64,000 nt of DNA from Calditrichota bacterium (GCA_020637445.1 JACJVZ010000001.1:1755952-1819951), one strand, 5' to 3'. Positions 29,627-39,123 are shown, counted from the stretch's first letter. Numbers and translations: made by a program. The notes: generated by a model not told the origin, from the letters alone.

Positions 29627-30184
29627 TCAGAAAAGAAGCGGCAAGATCACAAAAGTAGTAAAGAGTCCGCCGATGAAGAAGCCGCCGGTGGCAAGAAGCG
29701 AATTCCATTGGAAGTTCGCGATGCCCAAGATGCTGTGACCGGAAGTGCAACCGTTTGCCCACCGCGCCCCAAAGCCCACCATAAAGCCGCCGAATATCAG
29801 AAAGAATACACCCGGCCACGACACGAGCGCGTGCCAGCTAAACAAGGACGCCGGTGCCAGTCCTTGAATATCGGCAATTCCAAGTTTAGCCAAGTCGGTT
29901 ACAGTCTCATTCGATATTTCCACCGAGTTTTCAGGACGAAGCAAGTTGCCGCCGATCCATCCGCCGATCAATAGCCCGGCTACGAACAACAGCAGCCAAT
30001 GGCCGCGTTCCCGCCAATTGTAGGAGAGATATTCAATCCCCTTGGGGTACGTGGCAGCGCAGATGTGCCGTAAGCTGCTGGAAATGCCGAATGTCTTTCC
30101 GCCCAGCAGAAGCAACAGAGGCACGGTGAGGCCAATTAGCGGCCCGCAGACGTACCACGGCCAGGGTGCAAAAAGAAACTCCAT
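29627..30184 (-). CDS. YeeE/YedE-family sulfur-compound transport protein (first half-size subunit)
   Basis: 185 aa, multi-TM, with a conserved NGCTSGH loop typical of YeeE/YedE. Confidence 0.7.
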   Translation of the reverse strand: MEFLFAPWPWYVCGPLIGLTVPLLLLLGGKTFGISSSLRHICAATYPKGIEYLSYNWRERGHWLLLFVAGLLIGGWIGGNLLRPENSVEISNETVTDLAKLGIADIQGLAPASLFSWHALVSWPGVFFLIFGGFMVGFGARWANGCTSGHSILGIANFQWNSLLATGGFFIGGLFTTFVILPLLF

Positions 30185-30332
30185 GTTAGCGGAACATTAA
30201 AATCAATAAAAACAAGGCTTGAAAAGTGAATGAGGTTAGTAATGTTACGACTTTCCAGCCAGACATACAACGGCTCAAATCGTGTTTTTGGGATTGTATG
30301 TTTGTTTTCACGATGACACGGAGTTATCTTTT

Positions 30333-33095
30333 ATGATACGCCAACCAAGCCAAATGACTATGAACTTCCTGCGAATCGTGTTTCTGCTGACTCCGCTGTT
30401 CTGTGCTTGGGGTCAGCCTTATTGGGACTATATGCTTCATCCTGAGCGGCTATCTTGGCCGTTGGATGCCCAGATCCATCACTTCTCGAGTTGGTCTCGA
30501 AATGGCAGCAATAGTGACTTGGGCTTTTATTATGGCCCGGACCAGTTCGGCAACCAGATTCTTGCAGACGTCGAAGGACCGGGAGTCGTCACAGACATGT
30601 GGTGGACGCAGGATTTACAAACATCAGCGTGGCGCTGGAGGTTGTTTGTTGACGATACCACAAACGCTCTGATTGACACACCGCTCGTGTATCCCTTTGG
30701 ACTGATGAGTCCGTTTTTGCCTCCGGCGGCGGACAGCTCTTCGGGAGGTTACTACTCTTACGTGCCGATCCCATTTCAGGATCATATCCGGATTACATAC
30801 AACGACGCGCGTGATATTTATTATCACGTATCCGTGATCACGTTCCCTCCGGGTACTCCTGTTGAGTCGTTCACGATGCCTCCCAGCACGGACTACATGA
30901 CCAGACTTGATTCACTCTCGGCTCGGTTGTCGACACCGCAGACTCCGATCTATGTGCCGTTGGAATCGGCGTCCAATTTTGCGACCGTCTTGAATCCGGG
31001 CGAACGTGTAACCGCATTTGACGAAGCTCTGAGCGGACAGACACGGCGCATCTTGCTTGTGCTTCAAAACCGCACACAGTCGGTCTTTGAGAATTTCTGG
31101 ATCAGAGTTTATACAGATGGCTATCCAATTCCTGACATAGAAGGCCCCGTCTCGGCAGCCATGGCGTCGCCTCTGGGCTGGCACAACTACCAGTCGACAG
31201 TGACGGGCTCGCTGGGGGATTCTTTGTACTTCAACTTGCCTGTCGTGGCCTACCAGGAAGTGCGCATCGAGTTTGAAAACAAGACGGCGGTTCCACAGCC
31301 TTTCTCTACGCGCGTGGAATGGACGTCGTCGCAGGTCGGGCCGTTTAGATTAATGGGGCAATACCGCGAGGCTAACCCGACTCGGTTTTGGGAAAACTAT
31401 TTGATTGCGGAGTTTGAGGGCGCGGGCAATTTCGTCGGTACGACTCAAGACATGCAGCAGCCGGACAACCACGTGTTGGAAGGTGACGAGCGGTTCTTCA
31501 TCGACGGGGAAACGACGCCGACGTGGCATGGCACGGGCACGGAAGACTATTTCAAAGGCGGACGCTACTGGACTCCCGTGTATACTCAGCTTCCCCTGCA
31601 CGGCTGCGTGGCCTACCTTGCGGACAGCGCCGCGGCATATCGTTGGCACAACAACGATCCCGTACCGTTTACGACTCATTTGAAATATGACACGGAAGTC
31701 GGTCGGTTCAATAATCTGAGCGGTCACTACCGCACAATGGGATTTGCGTACGTGGAACGGCCGCAGTGGAAGGCCGTCGACGCAAGCGGAGACCACGCGA
31801 CTCACTCGGGCGAGACGCTTCGCATCATCGGCAAATCACTTGATCCGCTTTCGCCTATCTACGGCACACAAATGGGAGACGAGTGGCTGGGTTTGGCGGA
31901 CGGCGCGTTGTTGTCGGTAAACGGCGATTCGGTCTTTGATACGGAGTTCATCGCACCGGACTCATTGGCTCCGGGCGACTATCCGATCATGGTCATGACG
32001 GACTCCGGTTTAGATACGATCATTGCGTCTTGGAGGCATTTCGGGAATCCCACGGTGTGGTTTCTTCCGACCAGAACGGACATAGACAACGCAGTTTTTT
32101 TTGGCGACACGTTGGATATCACGGTGCAGGGCTTACCGCAAGACGAGACCGCAACCATTGCCATTGGTGGAATTCCATGTCCGTGGGTGGGAGTGACTCC
32201 TGCGGCGGATAGCCACGGGCGAATTGACGGAAAGATACGAGTACCGTTGGGACTTGTGGAAGGTGATTACCCGGTTACGGCCACGACGAAGGCCGCCGGA
32301 CACGGGATTTCGGATAGTCTGCTGCATTTTCGCAATTGGATACGGCTCGAACCGGAAGTCTTACTGCGCTCAAGTTGGAGCGGAGCTCGCATCAAAGAAG
32401 AGTGGTGCTATGATTGGATTCGCCACAACGACCCTGCTCCGTGGGGGCGCATCGCCTGCTACGTGCTGACCGGTAACGGACCGACCAGCTACGTAAATTT
32501 GCCGTTTTGGGCGCCCTCTGGAGGAACATTTCAGGCCGCGTACTTCTTCGGCAATACGGTCAACGGCGCAATCGTTACGATGGAAATTAACGGCGAGAGC
32601 AGCCTGGTTGAACATGACCTGTACGAATACACACTTTACCAGAGTTGGGTCCGCAGTGATACGGTTTGGGGCGGCACACACACTTTGAATCCGGGATACA
32701 ACCTGCTGACCATGCGGACCGTGGGGATTAATCCTTCGTCGATTGGCTGGAAAGCCGTTTTGGATCAAGTGCTGTTTGTCGCGACGGAACCTGATCCTGC
32801 TCCGGTAGCTGTGGAACATGTGCGCATCGTTCCGATTCCGAACGGCATCACGTTGCACTGGAGTCCGGTCAACGAAGACGTGGAAGGCAATCCCATTGTG
32901 CCGTTTGCCTATGACATCTTTAGCGCGCTTCCGGATGATACGATTTGGGTCTGGCAAGCGGAGACTTTTGGCAGCGACTCCTCGTGGACATGCGAGACGT
33001 TGCAAAATGGTCCGGTAGAGTTTGCGGTGGCGGCACGGCTGGGAACAAACCTTCCGGCCAGTTCAATCCGCAAGCGAATGCTTCAGCAGAAGTGA
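30333..33095 (+). CDS. Secreted DUF2961 (GH172-like) domain protein with long C-terminal extension
   Basis: GGAG RBS before the ATG at 30333, with a signal peptide (MNFLRIVFLLTPLFCAWG). The segment ERFFIDGETTPTWHGTGTEDYFKGG matches my memory of the DUF2961 core motif. An additional ~450 aa of beta-rich sequence follows. Confidence 0.55.
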   Translation: MIRQPSQMTMNFLRIVFLLTPLFCAWGQPYWDYMLHPERLSWPLDAQIHHFSSWSRNGSNSDLGFYYGPDQFGNQILADVEGPGVVTDMWWTQDLQTSAWRWRLFVDDTTNALIDTPLVYPFGLMSPFLPPAADSSSGGYYSYVPIPFQDHIRITYNDARDIYYHVSVITFPPGTPVESFTMPPSTDYMTRLDSLSARLSTPQTPIYVPLESASNFATVLNPGERVTAFDEALSGQTRRILLVLQNRTQSVFENFWIRVYTDGYPIPDIEGPVSAAMASPLGWHNYQSTVTGSLGDSLYFNLPVVAYQEVRIEFENKTAVPQPFSTRVEWTSSQVGPFRLMGQYREANPTRFWENYLIAEFEGAGNFVGTTQDMQQPDNHVLEGDERFFIDGETTPTWHGTGTEDYFKGGRYWTPVYTQLPLHGCVAYLADSAAAYRWHNNDPVPFTTHLKYDTEVGRFNNLSGHYRTMGFAYVERPQWKAVDASGDHATHSGETLRIIGKSLDPLSPIYGTQMGDEWLGLADGALLSVNGDSVFDTEFIAPDSLAPGDYPIMVMTDSGLDTIIASWRHFGNPTVWFLPTRTDIDNAVFFGDTLDITVQGLPQDETATIAIGGIPCPWVGVTPAADSHGRIDGKIRVPLGLVEGDYPVTATTKAAGHGISDSLLHFRNWIRLEPEVLLRSSWSGARIKEEWCYDWIRHNDPAPWGRIACYVLTGNGPTSYVNLPFWAPSGGTFQAAYFFGNTVNGAIVTMEINGESSLVEHDLYEYTLYQSWVRSDTVWGGTHTLNPGYNLLTMRTVGINPSSIGWKAVLDQVLFVATEPDPAPVAVEHVRIVPIPNGITLHWSPVNEDVEGNPIVPFAYDIFSALPDDTIWVWQAETFGSDSSWTCETLQNGPVEFAVAARLGTNLPASSIRKRMLQQK

Positions 33096-33110
33096 TTTGA
33101 CATTCAACAA

Positions 33111-33139
33111 AAAGCCCCCGAACACTCGGGGGCTTTTTT
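33111..33139. terminator. Bidirectional rho-independent terminator
   Basis: Hairpin aaagcccccg-aacact-cgggggcttt plus a T-run, between convergent genes. Confidence 0.7.
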
Positions 33140-33158
33140 CGTTTGCAATAGCTCCGAA

Positions 33159-35666
33159 CTAATCTGTCGCCGTGACAACATAGTAACGAGCATCTCCGAC
33201 TGGAATTGGAATGGTCAGAGACGTGTTCGACGTTGTGCCTTCAATCGTATCCCATGGCCCGTCGAAACTCGGTCCGCTCCACAGCCTGTAGTTGGCCGAG
33301 TTTCCTTGCCAGTTAAAGTTCAAATTGCCCGTATCTCCGTCATAGAGGATCGTGAGTCCCGAAGGAGCTTCGAGCACGTTGTCGACATATCCGTAACCAA
33401 AAATGTCATCGACATACCAGCCCTCGCGGTTGGTGTTTGCATCCGACCCAAAGCGGAAGCGAAGCTGCACGTCGGAACCTTCATACGCCGACAGATCGAG
33501 AGTGTAGTTAATCCACGTCGCAAGTGAACCGGCAAGGCAAGGTTCGCCCGGTGCAGGGCCGGTATATGGATTACTGCCGCCGGCTTGGTAGCGGGTGGCT
33601 CTGTTGTAGCCCTCGACGGGAACGATGTTCGTCCACGGACCGGCATCCACCGAAATTTCGATCCAGCCACCGTCATAAGCGGAGTCCGCATAGAAGCTGG
33701 AAACTTCGGACTCAATTCCTGTCGAGAAACTGATTTGTGCAAACGGCGGAAGCGACGTCAACACGGGCGACGTCAAACGCGCATCGCTCAAATCGGCGTA
33801 GTTTCCCGTACCCGTATCACCGCACTTGTAAGATTGCGTTCCGGAATTCGCGCGCTCGGTAGAGATATGCCACTGATCGACCCAACCTGCCGGAGCATCG
33901 TGCGTCCAGCCCGCGCCGCCCGTTTCAAAATCTTCGTTCAAGAAAGTGATTTGCTGCAGTGCGACAAGTTGCGCATTGACGATGGTCGTATCATCGACCA
34001 CAACTGAAACGCCGTAAACCGTATCGGGACTGAAACCGATCTTGGAAAACACGACGTCATATGTGCCGTCAGACAGCGCCAAATAGTAGTCGCCGTTCAC
34101 GTCGGTGAATACTTGATTGGAACCTGAAAGAATACTCACTCGAACGCCGCCGAGCGGATCGGTTCCGTCGGTGACATTGCCGCCGATGCGGCCGAGGTTC
34201 GACACAGACAGGACCGCTTCGTAGGCATCAATAAAGCCGTGGCCATAGATGTTGTCTTGACCGGCAGTACCGTAGTCGATAGCCGTATTCATGATCGCAT
34301 CTTTGATGGTCATGTGGTCACAATCCGGGCAGGCCTCACGCATGAGAGCCACAACCCCCGCGACGTGCGGACCGGCCATAGATGTACCGGAATACGTACC
34401 GTTATACCCGCCGCCGGGAACGGACGAATAGACGTCCACGCCGGGAGCGCAGATTTCAGGCTTAAAGTTGTCGGGTTCGGCCGGAGTACAAGGAGTCGGA
34501 CCACGGCTTGAGAAACTGGCAATGGGATACGGCGCGCTGTAGTTCGTGGCATCCACGGCACCGACGGAGAATATCTGATAAGCATTCAATGAATAGATAG
34601 CCGGACTGCGCAAACCGCTTGTGCCTTCGTTTCCAGCCGACCACGTGATTACGGGCCCTGCGGCTTCGCAATTGGTCACGACGGTATTCCAGAAATCAAA
34701 GCACTGCACATAGCCCAAGCTCGTGTTCACACCCCAGCTATTTTGAATTACGTCCGGGACGTCATCCATTGTGTTGACATTGTTGTCCGGGTCCGCGAAC
34801 CACTGATAGGCGTCAATAATGTCGTTGTCGAAATTGCTGCTCACACCCTGATCAATTGCATTGTCGGCAATCCACATCGCATTGGGAGCAGAGCCGACCG
34901 TGATGGTATCGGCACCGCTGATCGCGCGTCCGGTGATTGTACCCATGACGTGCGTGCCGTGGTTGTTGTTGTCGACCGGGAAAGTGGTTCCACCGCCCAA
35001 TGCGTCACGCCAGCATTCGGATGCGGGAGCAACCGTTCCACGCCAACGGGAGGCAAGTGCAGGATGTGAGCCATCGACGCCGGTATCGCAATTGGCAACC
35101 AAGACGCCGTTGCCGGTGATGCCCAATTCACGGTTAACTTGCGTCGCGCGAATCGCATCTTGACCCGGAGTAGTTGTTTCCGTATCGAGCGGATTGCGGC
35201 GGTGTTCGCGGCCGTCGCCGATGATGGGGTCGATCAACTCCGCTTTGAAGTTTTCGGTGACGTATTTTACGTCTGAGCGGTTTCTCAATGATTCAATGAA
35301 ATCCTTGCTCGCGTGAATGACAAACAGGTTTTCGATCCAATAGGCCGTGTAGCCCGTCAGATCTCCGGTTCGCTGCAATTCATCGAGCTCGCTCTGAAAG
35401 GCAGGCTGCGTTTGTGCGGCGTTGTACTTCAAGGCCTCGATCACTTCTCTGTGGCGCTCGGCCAGAGTCGCTTTGCGCGCATGCAGCGAAAAATCCAGCG
35501 CCATGATGTCGATTGGACTTTCTAAAATGACGATAGCGCTGACTTTGTCTTTTGCGGCTGCCTTATCCAGCTCGAAGTCCAGCGCGGGCGAAAACTCCGC
35601 GGCAAAGAGCGACGAGGCGGCAATCAGACAAACGAGTACACTCAGATTCTTAAACCAAATTTTCAT
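33159..35666 (-). CDS. Secreted subtilisin-like serine peptidase (S8) with propeptide, Ig-like/regulatory domain and C-terminal FN3-like module
   Basis: The ATG at 35666 follows a GGTGAG RBS, and a signal peptide is present (MKIWFKNLSVLVCLIAASSLFA). The D/H/S triad motifs are VANCDTGVDGSHPAL, HGTHVMGT and GTSMAGPHVAG. The C-terminus ends ...ARYYVVTATD. Confidence 0.9.
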   Translation of the reverse strand: MKIWFKNLSVLVCLIAASSLFAAEFSPALDFELDKAAAKDKVSAIVILESPIDIMALDFSLHARKATLAERHREVIEALKYNAAQTQPAFQSELDELQRTGDLTGYTAYWIENLFVIHASKDFIESLRNRSDVKYVTENFKAELIDPIIGDGREHRRNPLDTETTTPGQDAIRATQVNRELGITGNGVLVANCDTGVDGSHPALASRWRGTVAPASECWRDALGGGTTFPVDNNNHGTHVMGTITGRAISGADTITVGSAPNAMWIADNAIDQGVSSNFDNDIIDAYQWFADPDNNVNTMDDVPDVIQNSWGVNTSLGYVQCFDFWNTVVTNCEAAGPVITWSAGNEGTSGLRSPAIYSLNAYQIFSVGAVDATNYSAPYPIASFSSRGPTPCTPAEPDNFKPEICAPGVDVYSSVPGGGYNGTYSGTSMAGPHVAGVVALMREACPDCDHMTIKDAIMNTAIDYGTAGQDNIYGHGFIDAYEAVLSVSNLGRIGGNVTDGTDPLGGVRVSILSGSNQVFTDVNGDYYLALSDGTYDVVFSKIGFSPDTVYGVSVVVDDTTIVNAQLVALQQITFLNEDFETGGAGWTHDAPAGWVDQWHISTERANSGTQSYKCGDTGTGNYADLSDARLTSPVLTSLPPFAQISFSTGIESEVSSFYADSAYDGGWIEISVDAGPWTNIVPVEGYNRATRYQAGGSNPYTGPAPGEPCLAGSLATWINYTLDLSAYEGSDVQLRFRFGSDANTNREGWYVDDIFGYGYVDNVLEAPSGLTILYDGDTGNLNFNWQGNSANYRLWSGPSFDGPWDTIEGTTSNTSLTIPIPVGDARYYVVTATD

Positions 35667-35802
35667 GGTGCTCACCTTAATTTACGCAGTGCTACTGATC
35701 CTCGTTTCAAGGATACTTAAACCTAAATTTACGCTCAATTTGGCGGCAAGGCAAGGACAGACGGGAAGATTCTCAACAATTTCAGACCGGATCATCCAGA
35801 AC

Positions 35803-35830
35803 AAAAAAAAGGGGTGCCAGAGACACCCCT
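35803..35830 (-). terminator. Rho-independent terminator downstream of the disrupted T9SS cargo gene
   Basis: Hairpin ggggtg-ccagaga-cacccc with an A8 run on the plus strand (U-run on the transcript). Confidence 0.7.
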
Positions 35831-35856
35831 TTAGAAAAACAATGATTTGGCTTTCC

Positions 35857-37078
35857 CTACTTGACCAACAGCATCTTTCTTGTGGCCACAAAGGTGTTGC
35901 CGATGGTCAACCTATAGAAATACAGACCCGTTGCAAGAGTGTTTGCATCGTAGGAAATCGTATGGCGGCCAACCGAATAAAAGCCGTCAACAGGCTGCGC
36001 AACCAGCTCTCCGTTGACGTTAAAGATTTTCAGACTTACGGGATTCTGCTCCACGACGTCGAAGACGAAATTCGTGACCGAGTTGAATGGGTTGGGGTAG
36101 TTTTGGTGGAGAGCATACTCGGTAATTACGGCAGCCGAAGCATTGGGTGTCGCCGTGACTTCGCTGCCCCAGTTTTGTGTCGAGCCGTCGCGGTTCACAG
36201 TGAACAATGTGTACGTGTAGCTTGTTCCATTTGCCACTTCGTGGTCAACATAGTCGTAATTTGCCCCGGATGGACTATTTTCTGCCTGAACAGACGCGAT
36301 AAGCTCGAACTCTGAATCGTTTCCGAGTTTGCGCATCACATTGAAGCCATCCAAATTAGTCTCAGACAGAGTGTTCCATGTCAATTTCACGGAACGGTCC
36401 GCGGCAACAGCATCAAAACTTCCTTGCTCAACGGGCAGCACGAGATCGATATAAAGACACGCCCAGCCATCCACCTCGGTGTAGATCGGGAATTGCGAAT
36501 TGAGGTCTGCCCAAGTGAAAACAAGAGTCGTCGTACCATTCTCCCAATACGGAACTGCAGCCGGCGACTCAATATCCGAATTACATGCTGTATTGGGCCC
36601 GCAGCCTGAGGACAATGTAGCATAGAAGAACGGATCACCCGTCAAAGGGACGTCGTAAACATCCAGCAAGTATTTGGGGGTACTCGCACAAAGCCAAATG
36701 CAGACAGAAGTAGTGAGGTGGTTGTGGTTGTTCTGGTCAACGTCAAACTGCTCCTCCGGAATTTCCAACACGGCCGAACAGGTGTCGACAAGCGACTCAC
36801 ATGTCCAGCCGTCGACGACTATTTCGCTCAGACCATTCACAATAGTAAACACGGCGGAAGTCCAGAGGACATTGTCGCGGGTGACCGTAACAAAATACTT
36901 CGACGGCGTGGGAGTGGTTGTTGAGATCGTGAATGCAGGGTCTGTGGCAAACCCGCCGGGGATTCCCAACAGGTCCTCTCCGGTTCCCATGTCAATCTGA
37001 TTGAAGTTGCATTGACCAAATCCATTGCCGACAATGGGCAGAATATCACTGGGGTCGGGGCCGTTGTCATTATGATCC
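35857..37078 (-). pseudogene. C-terminal fragment of a Cys-rich T9SS cargo family member, split by an IS insertion
   Basis: The reading frame stays open beyond the track start (36990) up to the IS boundary: ...QDHNDNGPDPSDILPIVGNGFGQCNFNQIDMGTGEDLLGIPGGFATDPAFTISTTTP. This is colinear with the 39052..41412 paralogue. It ends in a T9SS CTD (LHQNYPNPFNSVTNF...RKMLLVK). Confidence 0.85.
37069..37078. repeat. Target-site duplication, left copy (ATTATGATCC)
   Basis: An identical 10-mer occurs at 38679..38688, immediately outside both IS ends. Confidence 0.8.
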
Positions 37079-37247
37079 TGTAAACCGTCAGCACATTTGG
37101 GACAGTTGGTCCAGTAGTATTAGTGGATGGTTTGTGATGTAAGTACAGCCGCGCGGCGCGACTGTACTTAACGCAAGTGACCAGGTTCGGTGTTGCGTTC
37201 CCTTCGATGAGATGTTATCATGTATCATCGAAGAAGGAGGGCTGACC

Positions 37248-37616
37248 ATGCCCAGGCGAAAGAAGCAGGTTGCGGCGGCAGCGCCGAAGGAAAGCGCGGC
37301 GCAGTTGATCAAGACGGTGCGTCGGCAGACGCGGACGAAGTACAGCGCGGAAGACAAGATCCGGATCGTTCTGGAAGGACTGCGGGGCGATCATCCGGTG
37401 GCCGTATTGTGCCGTCGGGAAGGCGTGAGCGCCAACGTGTATTACAATTGGCTGAAGGAGTTCATGGAAGCGGGGAAGGCGCGTTTGAAGGGCGAAGCGG
37501 TGCGCGGCGCGACCAAAGGGGAAGTGGAGTCGTATCGTCGTCAGAACGAAGAGCTGCGTCAGACGGTGGCCGATCTGATGCTGGAGGTGCGGACGCTCAA
37601 AAAAAGTCTCTTCTAA
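37248..37616 (+). CDS. IS3-family transposase OrfA (HTH)
   Basis: AAGGAGG RBS 7 nt upstream of the ATG at 37248. Contains YSAEDKIRIVLEGLRG...VAVLCRREGVSANVYYNWLKEF, typical of HTH_Tnp_1 OrfA proteins, plus a C-terminal leucine-zipper-like segment. Confidence 0.85.
   Translation: MPRRKKQVAAAAPKESAAQLIKTVRRQTRTKYSAEDKIRIVLEGLRGDHPVAVLCRREGVSANVYYNWLKEFMEAGKARLKGEAVRGATKGEVESYRRQNEELRQTVADLMLEVRTLKKSLF
37599..37606 (+). other. Programmed -1 ribosomal frameshift site (AAAAAAAG)
   Basis: The A7G run lies 8 nt before the orfA stop. orfB is open in the -1 frame across it (…KKSLLKRKAKRY…). Confidence 0.7.
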
Positions 37617-38638
37617 AGCGTAAGGCGAAGCGTTATGCCCGGCACACGTCCGAGCAGAAGCAGGATCTCTTGCGTCTGGTGGACACTGCGGCGCTGTCGG
37701 TCCGCCGTTGCTTGAAGCGTTTGAAGCTTCCCAAGAGCACGTATTACCGTTGGCAAAGCCGGGGCACACTCGCAGACCACTCTTCGGCGCCGCGCCGTGT
37801 CTGGAACAAGCTGCTCGAAGAGGAAGAGAGCACGATCATCGCGAACGCTTTGCTGGACGGCGATCTGTCACCGCGCCAACTGGCGTTCAGGATTACCGAT
37901 GACGGCGGGTTCAGTGTCAGCGAGAGCACGGTCTATCGCATTCTGAAGCGCAATGGATTAGCGCGGGAGTTGCCGCAGATCATCCCAGCGGCGAAAGAGT
38001 ATCACCGCAAGACGTCACGGGTGAATGAACTGTGGCAGACCGATCTGACGGAGCTGATGTTGCCCGACTGGGGCACGCATCCGTTGGGCAGTGTGGTGGA
38101 TGACTTCAGCAGGTTCTCGATCGTGTTCCGGCGCTTGCGCAACTCGAAAGGTGATACGGTGCAGGAGCTGATCGCGCAGGCGATTGCCGAGACCGGGATG
38201 GAAGAAGTGCCGCGTCATGAGCGCGTGCAACTACTGAGCGACAACGGCGCTTGCTACAAATGGGGCGCGTTCAACACCTACTTGAAGAGTCTGGGGATCC
38301 GGCACATCTTTTCGATGCGCAACCATCCCCAGACCAACGGCAAGGTCGAACGTCTGAACCGCACGGCCAAGGAAAAGCTACAGCTGATCGTGCATGCGTC
38401 ACCGGAGGCGTTCGACCGCGCGCTGGAGGAGTTCCGGCACTGGTACAACTATGAACACTACCACAAAGGTATCGGCAATCTGCATCCCGCCGACGTCTAC
38501 TACGGCCGGGCCGAAGCCATCCTCAAACAGCGCCAACTGCTCAAAGAACAAACAAAAAAGGCCCGTAAACAGGCCAATCTAAATCCTAACCAAAAACCAC
38601 GAAGGAAACGTAACTTACGAACCAAATCCCTCCATTAA
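37604..38638 (+). CDS. IS3-family transposase OrfB (DDE/rve integrase core), expressed as an OrfAB fusion by -1 frameshift
   Basis: The DDE triad context is visible: WQTDLTE, LLSDNGACY and HPQTNGKVERLNRTAKE. The frame is -1 relative to orfA. Confidence 0.85.
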   Translation, partial: KSLLKRKAKRYARHTSEQKQDLLRLVDTAALSVRRCLKRLKLPKSTYYRWQSRGTLADHSSAPRRVWNKLLEEEESTIIANALLDGDLSPRQLAFRITDDGGFSVSESTVYRILKRNGLARELPQIIPAAKEYHRKTSRVNELWQTDLTELMLPDWGTHPLGSVVDDFSRFSIVFRRLRNSKGDTVQELIAQAIAETGMEEVPRHERVQLLSDNGACYKWGAFNTYLKSLGIRHIFSMRNHPQTNGKVERLNRTAKEKLQLIVHASPEAFDRALEEFRHWYNYEHYHKGIGNLHPADVYYGRAEAILKQRQLLKEQTKKARKQANLNPNQKPRRKRNLRTKSLH

Positions 38639-38678
38639 CTTAACTGAAAAAGTGTCCCATTTCTTCTGACGACCAACA

Positions 38679-38688
38679 ATTATGATCC
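38679..38688. repeat. Target-site duplication, right copy (ATTATGATCC)
   Basis: Identical to 37069..37078. Confidence 0.8.
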
Positions 38689-38843
38689 CACCAAATTTGA
38701 CCCATATACCCATGGCTGATTGGACCGCCGGAGCCGTCACAACCGTGAGTCAACGGCGTGAGATTCAGTAAGATAGCATTAAACTGCGCAAACGCAGATG
38801 TCGAAAAACCAAGGCATAGCAAGAACAAAAACAACTTCTTCAT
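38679..38843 (-). pseudogene. N-terminal fragment (signal peptide + start of conserved domain) of the IS-split T9SS cargo gene
   Basis: GAGGTG RBS before the ATG at 38843. The fragment reads MKKLFLFLLCLGFSTSAFAQFNAILLNLTPLTHGCDGSGGPISHGYMGQIWWDHN. Deleting the IS plus one TSD copy joins it in frame to 37068 (…IWWDHNDNGPDPSD…), giving a 458-aa ORF. Confidence 0.85.
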
Positions 38844-38952
38844 AGTACACCTCGCAGAACAAAAACTGTTGATTAACCTGATCTCCAAGACAACTAACAC
38901 TTTCAATATCGCCCCAGTTATTCACAAAGTCAAGCGTGATTGCTCGCTCCGC

Positions 38953-39123
38953 AAAACAACACCGGGCCTCCCATGTGGGAGGCCCGGTAAGATTTCTAAC
39001 CAAAAGACTTAGGACCTTGCACAAGCGCATCGGGTCCAGCGTATACGCTGGTTACTTGACGAGCAGCATCTTCTTCGTGGCGGTGAACTCGTTGCCGATC
39101 TTCACCGTGTAGAAGTACAAACC
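38953..39123 (-). repeat. Duplicated gene-3'-end plus terminator block, copy A
   Basis: Near-identical to 41524..41697. It covers the last ~24 codons (…LYFYTVKIGNEFTATKKMLLVK), the stop codon, a short palindrome and the GC-rich hairpin. Confidence 0.8.
38962..38987 (-). terminator. Probable terminator hairpin downstream of 39052..41412
   Basis: 12-bp perfect stem ccgggcctccca-tg-tgggaggcccgg, followed on the transcript by tgttgtttt. Confidence 0.6.

Larger units (their letters stand above)
37079..38678 (+). mobile_element. IS3-family-like insertion sequence, 1,600 bp, apparently intact
   Basis: TG...CA termini. Imperfect 26-bp inverted repeats (TGTnnnnCGTCAGnnnnnnTGGGACA at 37079-37104 and 38653-38678). 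Two overlapping ORFs in the 0/-1 frames, an A7G slippery site, and 10-bp direct repeats outside the ends. Confidence 0.85.

Noticed and set aside
33020-33095. C-terminal tail …SSIRKRMLQQK of the DUF2961 protein, which resembles the …(R/K)KMLL(L/V)K end of T9SS CTDs.
   Set aside because: The preceding ~80 aa lack the NYPNPFN start and the G.Y.Y strand pattern of the type-A CTD. The resemblance is limited to about 6 residues.
35422-36315. 297-aa plus-strand ORF spanning the S8 gene start, an intergenic terminator and the cargo gene end.
   Set aside because: It crosses a terminator hairpin and two well-supported minus-strand genes. It has no RBS and low-complexity content. It is a shadow ORF.
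37220-37603. N-terminal 128 aa of the 472-aa track ORF 37220..38638, read as an independent long transposase.
   Set aside because: This part is an Arg/Gly-rich out-of-frame reading of orfA with no RBS. The genuine product is OrfA-OrfB joined by a -1 frameshift at the A7G site, so only the part downstream of about 37604 is real coding sequence.
38640-38906. 88-aa track ORF treated as a stand-alone small gene.
   Set aside because: Its middle is the signal peptide and first ~55 codons of the IS-split cargo gene. Its last residues (…CWSSEEMGHFFS) are read-through into the IS inverted repeat, and its first 21 residues precede the RBS-supported ATG at 38843.
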